This document shows positions 55,101-64,000 of a stretch of DNA of 64,000 nucleotides, in pieces. The notes under the pieces were generated by a model. That model had not been told where the DNA came from. It searched no databases and was given only the letters and a program-made list of their open reading frames with translations. The DNA lies in the NCBI RefSeq assembly GCF_009914755.1, contig NC_060927.1, one strand, 5' to 3'. A program made the position numbers and the translations under genes. This stretch comes from the human T2T-CHM13v2.0 reference genome, Homo sapiens. The first letter of the stretch is position 1. Every line of letters begins with the position of its first letter.

Positions 55101-56731
55101 TTGCCTTGATCGCTCATTTCTTTCTATTGCTGAACATTATTCTTCTGTTTGGATTTACCACTGTTTATTTAGGCTCTCACCTACTGAAGAACATCTTAGT
55201 TGCTTCCAAGTTTTGGCAATTAGGAATAAACCTTCTATAAACCATCCATGTACATAATTGTGTGTGTGGCCCTAAGTTTTCAGTTCCTTTAGGTGAGTAC
55301 CAAGGAATGTGATTGCAGGATTATATCATAGCAATATGTTTAGTTTTATAAAAAACTGCCACACTGTCTTCCAAAGTGGCTGTACCATTTTGCACTCCCA
55401 TCAGCAATGAATGAGTTCCTGTTGCTCCACATCCTGCCAAACATTTGGTATCATCCATGTTTTGGATTGTGAGCATTCTAAATAGTGTGTAGTGGTAACT
55501 CATTGTGTTAATTTGAAATTCCCTAGTGACATATGATGTTGAACATCTTTTTATATGCTTACTTGCCATCTCTTTTTCGTCTTTGGTAAAGTGTCTGTTC
55601 AGATTTTTTGATTTTCTTATTGATTAGCTTTAAGAGTTATTTGTGTGCTTTGGATAAAAGTTATTTATCTGATTTGTCTTTTGCAAATATTTCTTCTGTC
55701 TATGACTTGTCTTCTCATTCTCTTGACATTGCCTTTCTCAGAGCAGAGGTTTTTAATTTTAATGAGGTACATCTTATTGATTATGTCATTCTCAGATCAT
55801 GCTTTTGATGTTGTTTTCAAAAAGTCATTGATACACTCAAGGTCAGCTAAGCTTTTCCTTATGTTATGTTCCATTCATTTTTTTATTTTTGTGTTTTACA
55901 TTTAGTTTTCTGATCCATTTTGAGTTAATTTTTGTGAAGGGTATAAGGTCTGTATATAAATTCTTTTTTTTTTTTTTTTGCATGTGGATGTACAATTTTT
56001 CCAGCCCCATTTGTTGAAAAGACTGCTAGTTTGCCAAAGATCAGCTGGACTACATCTATATGGGTCTATTTCTGGGCTCTGTATTCTGTTCCATTGATCT
56101 ATTTGTTTATTCTTTCACCAGTACCATAGTATCTTGATTATTGTAGTTTTATAGTAAGACTTGAAGTTAGGTAGTGTCAGCTATCCTATATTGTTCTTTT
56201 CCTTTAATACTGAGTTCATTCTTCTGAGTTTCTGCCTCTCCATATAAACTTTAGAATCAGTTTTAGAATCAGCTTTTTATATCCACAAAATAACTTGCTA
56301 GGATTTTGGTTAAGTTTGTGTTAAATCCATAGATGAAGTTGGGAAGAACTGATGTCTTGACAATATTGAGTTTTCCTACACATAAACATGGACTATTTCT
56401 TTGGTTATTTAGTTCTTCTTTAATTTCTTATATCAGAGTTTTGTAATTTTCCTTATATAGATATTGTACAAATCTTGTTAGGTTTATACCTATGTTTTTC
56501 ATTTTAAGTGCTAATGTAAATGGTAATATGTTTTTAATTTCAAATTCCACTTTTTTATTGCTTGTATATAAGAAAGTGATTGACTTTTGTATTCTAGCCT
56601 TGTATCCTGTAGCCTTGATATAATTGCTTATTTGTGCAAGCAATTTTTTTGGTCAGTTCTGTCAGATTTTCTATATAGCTGATTATGTCATCTGTGAATA
56701 GAGAAAATTTGATCTCTTCTTTTCCAATTTA

Positions 56732-57110
<379 letters not shown>

Positions 57111-57732
57111 GAAAAGCAGTAGTGAGGTAGTGAGAGGGAACACCGTTGCTTCATTCCTGATGTTAACAGAAAGTCTCTCACCATTAAATACAAAGTTAGC
57201 TATAGGATTTTGTAGATTTTTAAAAATCAAATTGAGGAAGTTCTACTCTACTCCTAGTTTGAAAAGAATTTTTATCATAAATTGGTGTTTGATTTTGCCA
57301 AATAATTTATCTGCATCTATTGATATAACGTGATTTTTCTTCTTTAGCTTGTTAATGAGATTGATTACATTTATTGATTTTCAGATAATAAACTTGCCTT
57401 ACATACCTGGGATAAATCCCACTGGGTCATCATATAGAGTCCTTTTTATACCTTGTCTAATTTGATTTGCTAATATTTTTGAGGGTTTTTGCATTTATGT
57501 TCCTGAGAGATATTGGTTTGTAGTTTTATTTTCTTGCAGTATATTTTGTCTGGTTTTGGTACTAGAGTAACACTGGCCTCATGGAATGAGTCACGATGTG
57601 TTCCTCTGATTCTGTCTTCTGAAAGAGATTGTAGATAATCTATATAATTTATTCTTTAAATGTTTGGTAGAATTCACCAGTGAACTCACCTATTACTGGT
57701 GGTTTCTGTGATTGAAGATTATTAATTTTTGA

Positions 57733-58157
<425 letters not shown>

Positions 58158-59729
58158 TTTATTTTCATTTTAATGTCCATGGAATCTGTAGTGATGTCCC
58201 TACTTTCATTTCCAATATTAGTATTTTGTGTCTTCTCTCTCTCTTTTTATTTATTATTATTTTGTTGGCTTTGCTAGAAATGTATTCACCTTACTGATCT
58301 CTTCAAATAACTAGCTTTCGGTTTTGTTGATGTCCTCTATTGATTCCCTGTTTGCAACTGTATTGATTTATACACTAATTTTTAGTATTCATTTTATTCT
58401 GCCTGCATTGGATTTAACTTGTACTTATTTTTCTAGTTTCCTAGTGTAGAAGCTTGAATTTCTGATTTTGTATATTTCTTTCTTTCTAATATATGCATTC
58501 AATGCTATAAATTTTCTCCACAGCACTGCTCTTACTGTATCACACAAATTTTGATAAATTATTTTTAATTTTTATGTAGTTCTAAATATTTTCTAAATGT
58601 TCTTTAAATTTTGTTTTCCACCCATGTGTTTAATCCCGAAGTATTTTAGAATTTTCCAGCTATTTTTTGTTATTAATTTCTAGTTTAATTCCATGGTAGT
58701 CAGAGCAGACACTGAATAATTTGTATTGTTTTAAGTTTGTTATGTTGTATTTGGTGGCCCAAAATGTGGTCTATCTTTATGAATGTTTTATGTAAGCTTG
58801 AGAAGAATGTGTATTCTGCTGGTGTTAGATGAACTGGGCTATAGTTGTCAATAATATTTAGTTGATCAGTGATACTCTTGAGTACGGCCATGTCCTTACT
58901 GATTTTGAAAGAATAGATTCAACAGGCACAAAATCAATTTGCACCTCACATATTTTCATGGTCTCTTGTTGGGTGTGTATACATTAAGGAATATGTCTTT
59001 TTGGAGTATTGAACCCTTTATCATTATGTAGGAGTATTTTTTATCCCAAATAATGTTCCCTGATCTAATGTCTTCTTTTGTGCTTTTTAATAGATTAGTG
59101 TTAGAATGCATAACACTTTCTCCACCCATTTATTCTTTTAAAATAAATAATAAACTGTATTTTAAGAGCAGTTTTAGGTTCACAGTAAAACATCTCTTTA
59201 CTTTTAATCTATACATGTTTTTAAATTTAAAGTGGGTTTCTTGTGGACAACAAACATCTTGTTTTATAATCTACTCTAACAAAATCTGTCTTTTAATTTG
59301 TGTATTTAGATCAACAATTAAAGGTAATGATTGACATAGTTGGATTAATATCCACCATATTTATTATTGGTTTTTATTTCTTGCCCTTGTTCTATGTTTT
59401 TTTTTTCTTTTGGTACATACTTTGTCTGCATGTTATTGTTTTAATTGAACAGTTGTTTATATGATTCTATTTTTCTTTTTTACAATATCAATTATAATTT
59501 TTTTTACCATGTTCAGTGGTTTCCTTGGATTTTGCAATATACATTAACAACTAATCCAAGTACACTTTCAACAACACTATACCACTATAAGTGGTTGTAC
59601 AAGAATCGTATAATAAAAAACTATCTTTAATTCTTCCTTACTGTTCTTTTTATCGTTGGTGTCATTCATTTCATGCTTATGTAATACATATGTGTATATA
59701 CATATGTAATATATGCATATATACATATA

Positions 59730-60094
59730 TGTTATGGTTTGGCTGTGTCCCAACCCAAATCTCACCTTGAATTGTAGTTCCCATAATCCCCACATGTCAT
59801 GGGAGGAACCCAGTGGGAGGTAATTGAATCATGGGGGTAGTTACCTGCATGCTGTTCTTGCGATCGTGAGCGAATTCTCACGATCTGATGGTTTCGTAAC
59901 CCCCTATTGTTCGACAGTTCTCCGTCCTGCCGACCCGTGAAAAAGGATGCGTTTGCTTCCCCTTCCACCATGATTGTAAATTTCCTGAGGCCTCCCCAGC
60001 TATGCTGAACCATGAGTCAATTAAACCTCTTTCCCTTATAAATTACCCAGTCTTGGGTACGTCTTCATTAGCAGTGTGAGAACAGACTAATACA
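59730..60094 (+). mobile_element. THE1C-like MaLR solo LTR
   Basis: tgttatggtttggctgtgtcc...attgtagttcccataatcccc...attaaacctcttt...gactaataca; 5-bp TSD atata. Confidence 0.95.
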
Positions 60095-60273
60095 ATATAT
60101 ATATATGCATATACATATACAAATATGTATATATAATTGAATACATTGTCGATATTATTATTTTGAACACTATTATTAAATCAATTAAGAATTTAAAAAG
60201 TAAAAGTTGTAATTTTACCTTCACTTAGTTATTCTTAAATGCTCTTCCTTTCTTTCTACAGATCTGAGTTTTG

Positions 60274-60600
60274 TTTTTTTTGTTTTTTTTTGTTTTTTTT
60301 TTTGTTTTTTTTTGTTTTTGAGATGGAGTCTCGCTCTGTCACCCAGGCTGGACTGCAGTGGCGCTACCTCGGCTCACTGCAAGCTCCGCCTCCCGGGTTC
60401 ACGCCATTCTCCTGCCTCAGCCTCCTAAGTAGCTGGGACTACAGGCGCCTGCCGCTGCACCCAGCTAATTTTTTGTATTTTTAGTAGAGACGTGGTTTCA
60501 CCGTGTTAGCCAAGATGGTCTCGATCTCCTGACCTCATGATCCGCCCACCTCGGCCTCCCAAAGTGCTGGGATTACAGGCGTGAGCCACCGCGCCCGGCC
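60274..60600 (-). mobile_element. AluY
   Basis: Y diagnostics; TSD agat(c/t)tgagttttg at 60260-60273 and 60602-60615. Confidence 0.96.
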
Positions 60601-61410
60601 TAGATTTGAGTTTTGAACCTTTCTTCTTCTTCTCCTTGATGTTAAAAAATGTCTTTTAACATTTCTTGCAAGGCAGATACACGTAACAAATCCCATCTTT
60701 CTGGCTAAGAAAATGTATATTTCTCCTTCACTTTTGAAGAATAATTTAACAGACAGAATTCTGGTCGGCTGGTTGGCGTTTTTGTTTTTCAAACATATCA
60801 ACTGTTTAAATATTTAACTCAACTTTATGTTTTCATAGTTTCTGAGAAGAAGTTTAATGTAATTCTTGTCCTCTTTTCTCTATAGATGAAGTGATTTTTC
60901 TCCGGCATCCTTAAAGATTTTTTTCTTTATCTCTGATTTTCTAAAATTTGAATATGACATACCTAGGTGTAGTTTTGCTTTCTTTGGGCATTTATTCTGC
61001 TTGGAATTTTCTGAGCTCCTGCATCTGTGGTTTGGTGTCTGACATTAATTCATGAAAATTATCAGTCATTAGTGCTGCAAATATGTATTGCTTCTGTTTC
61101 TTTCTCCCTTTTCTCTCCTGGTATTCTTGTTTGTGTATGTCACATCTTTTGTGGTTTTCCCACAGTTCTTGGATATTCTGTTGTGTTTTGGTTTTGTTTT
61201 TTAGTTTTTATTTCTTCTTTTCAGTTTTAGATGTTGCTATTTTCATATCCTCCAGCGCAGAGATCGTTTCCCCAGCTATGTTAATTCCACTAATGAGCCC
61301 AGCAATGGGGTTCCTCATTTGTTTTAGAGTATTTTTTATCTTAAGCATCTTTTTATTCTTTCTAAGAATTTACATCTTTCTGCTTACATTATTCATCTGT
61401 TATTTCATAT

Positions 61411-62110
61411 TGTTAGCAGCAGCGAATCTGTATCGGTCTGCAAGGACCTCAATTCTTGCCCCCTAAGAAGAAAGAATTCGGCTGAGGGGCACAAGGCAGA
61501 GGCAGAGACTGAGGCAAATTTTAGAGCAGGAGTGAAAGTTTATTAAAAAGTTTTAGAGCAGGAACAAAAGGAAGTAAAGTTGTTATTTTACCTTTACTTA
61601 GAAGAGGGCTAAGAGGGTAACTTGAGACATCCAAGGGCACAGTTTGACTTTGACTTGGGGTTTTGTTAGCATGCTTCTGGGTTTTGCATCTCTTCTCCCC
61701 TGATTCTTCCCTTGGGGTGGGCTGTCTGCATGCACAGTGGCCTGTCAGCACTTGGAAGGGGCAGTGTATTTACTGAAGTTGCACACATGCTCATTTGAAT
61801 CATTTTTCCCTTACCTGTCAAGTGTTTCTAGAGGAAGGTCGTATACCAGTTAAACTTTGCCATTTTGCCTCTTAGGGTGCATGCTTGAGCCCAGTTGCCC
61901 AACTCCTGAGATATTATCAGGAAGTTGCTGATCCCCAGCTTCAGGTGTTTCCTATCTATTGGGAGACGGCCCTTCCCTGGTGCCGGCTGCAACCAATTAC
62001 TATTTTAGAGAGACAGTTTAACAACCACCTGACCATCATTGCCTGATATTTCTGGTTGGGGAGGGGCCTCACGGGTCCTGCTCATGTCTGCCTAACTACC
62101 TACTCTAACA
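61411..62110 (-). mobile_element. MER50-like ERV1 solo LTR
   Basis: Minus-strand start tgttagagtaggtagttaggcagacatgagcagg; TG...CA ends; 4-bp TSD atat at 61407-61410 and 62111-62114. Confidence 0.88.
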
Positions 62111-63403
62111 ATATTGTCTCCTTTCTTTTTCAAAACATCCATTAGCATATTAATTACAGTTAATTTTTAAATTTCTTATCTGATAATTCCGACACTCCTG
62201 CCACATTTGACTCTGGTTCTGATGCTTGTTCAGTCTCTTCAAACTGTGTTTTTTGTGTTTTGGTGCATCTTGTAATTTTTTGCAGGGAGGCAGATGATGG
62301 ACTGGGTAAAAGTAACCATGGTAAATAGGCCTTTAGTAATGTAGTGGTTAGGTGTTGGAAGAGGGGAAGCATTCTATAGTTCTATGATCAAGCCTCAGTC
62401 TTTTGGTGAGCCTGTGATCCTGGACTGTGAACCTCACAAGTAAGTCTGTTTTGTTTTGTTTTGGTTTCTCCCCCAGCAGATGGGATCGAATGCCTGGAGG
62501 GCACTGAAATTAATGCATTTACCTTTGCCTAGGTGAGTCTAGAGAGAGCTGGAGTTGGATATTTCCCTTCCCCTAGGCAGGTTAGACCTGTATATAACCT
62601 GGCAGGTTGGGCTCTGGTAAATAATTTCTCCTGAGGACAAGCCTTGTTAGAACAAAATGTTCTAGAGTATTACAAAATAATTCTCTTTGCCCTCTTCCTG
62701 CTGGAAGCATGAGAAAAATTTTCTCCATTATTCACTGTGAGGACTCAGTAGAATTTCTGGTGGTAAAACTCACAAAGATCCCCCCATACATGCCCCCGGC
62801 TACGGCTGGGTCCTCCTGGAGCTTTTATCTCTCAGGCTTGTCCGTAATCAGCCTTCAGTGATTCATCAATTACAATTTAGGTTTTCCTACCCTGTTACTG
62901 GTTTCTACAAAAGTTTCTGTTTCTGGATTTCTGTTTGGGTAAAGTTGTGATTCTCTGCCATTCTCTCTCTCCGGTTTTGGGGGCAGTGACATATTCAGTG
63001 ACTTCATTTTTCTCATAATCTAAGAAGAGTTATTAATTTTTCAGTTTAACTTTTTACTTGCTGGGATGGAGTAAAGACCTCTAACCTCCTTACATGTTTG
63101 ACAAGAAACTGGAAGTGCACCGCTTTTTTTCATAACTGATTTTTATACCCAGAGAAACTTTTATGAAAATAATATTTTTTTGTACCAAAGAAACATTTTC
63201 TAAAAATATCAGCAACTTTGGGTTTATTTTACTTTGTGTTGCTGCTGCTAAAGTACAGTTTGTTACTTAAAATAGTTTATAAATATATATCAATAGATAT
63301 AGATGTATAAAATACATTTTTTTCTTAAAAATGCTCTTCTATTTCTCTGTGTTACATACCTCTGGCTATTTTGGTCAATATATATAAGTAAAATGATGTC
63401 TGA

Positions 63404-63731
<328 letters not shown>

Positions 63732-64000
63732 TGAAGTTATTTTCCTGAATCATTATGTGATGTCATAGGATCTAAGGTAATTATTTTATTATTATTCTAC
63801 TTTACTGAGTAATAATTAAAATAAAACACCATTAATATTATAGAAATAATATCATTATTTTTATTAAGAAATAAACTTAATCAGTATCTCTGTTGTCCCC
63901 TTGAACTAGTCAAGAACTTTAATTTCATATCATGTTTTCTTCCCCCAACTTCCTAACACATCTCTTATTGAAAAGATCTCAGGTTTTACTTTTAAATATG

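Noticed and set aside
59140-59190. Second copy of the L1MC/MD 3' terminus (agagcagttttagg...cacagtaaaa) resembling ~54125-54160
   Set aside because: Best explained as an independent short L1 insertion of the same family, not a terminal repeat or local duplication

Overview
This window is primate (human-like) non-coding genomic DNA: AT-rich, CpG-depleted and largely made of interspersed repeats. These include about 18 Alus (J/S/Y), many MIR/L2/L3 fragments, a degraded ERVL pol segment, several solo LTRs (THE1C, MSTA, MER50, MLT2, MLT1J, two ERV1-type), hAT/Tc-mar fossils and an apparently full-length ancient L1MC/MD element (~54.1-63.1 kb, minus strand). I see no credible protein-coding gene, tRNA, rRNA or CRISPR array; the recognisable ORFs are Alu, L1, ERV or microsatellite read-throughs. 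I cannot place the locus in the genome from sequence alone and found no evidence of a new gene-encoded system. The most unusual structures are locally templated insertions: (1) an Alu that carries 198 bp of neighbouring DNA inside its own target-site duplication; (2) a two-donor, microhomology-joined insertion at ~41.8 kb; (3) a ~190 bp dispersed duplication 3.3 kb apart; (4) several small snap-back scars. Also notable are a THE1C LTR with an abnormal CpG cluster and several repeat-free blocks dense in HOX/PBX/MEIS, TCF/RUNX, NFI and CTCF motifs. Repeat subfamily names are from recalled consensus features and old-repeat boundaries are approximate.
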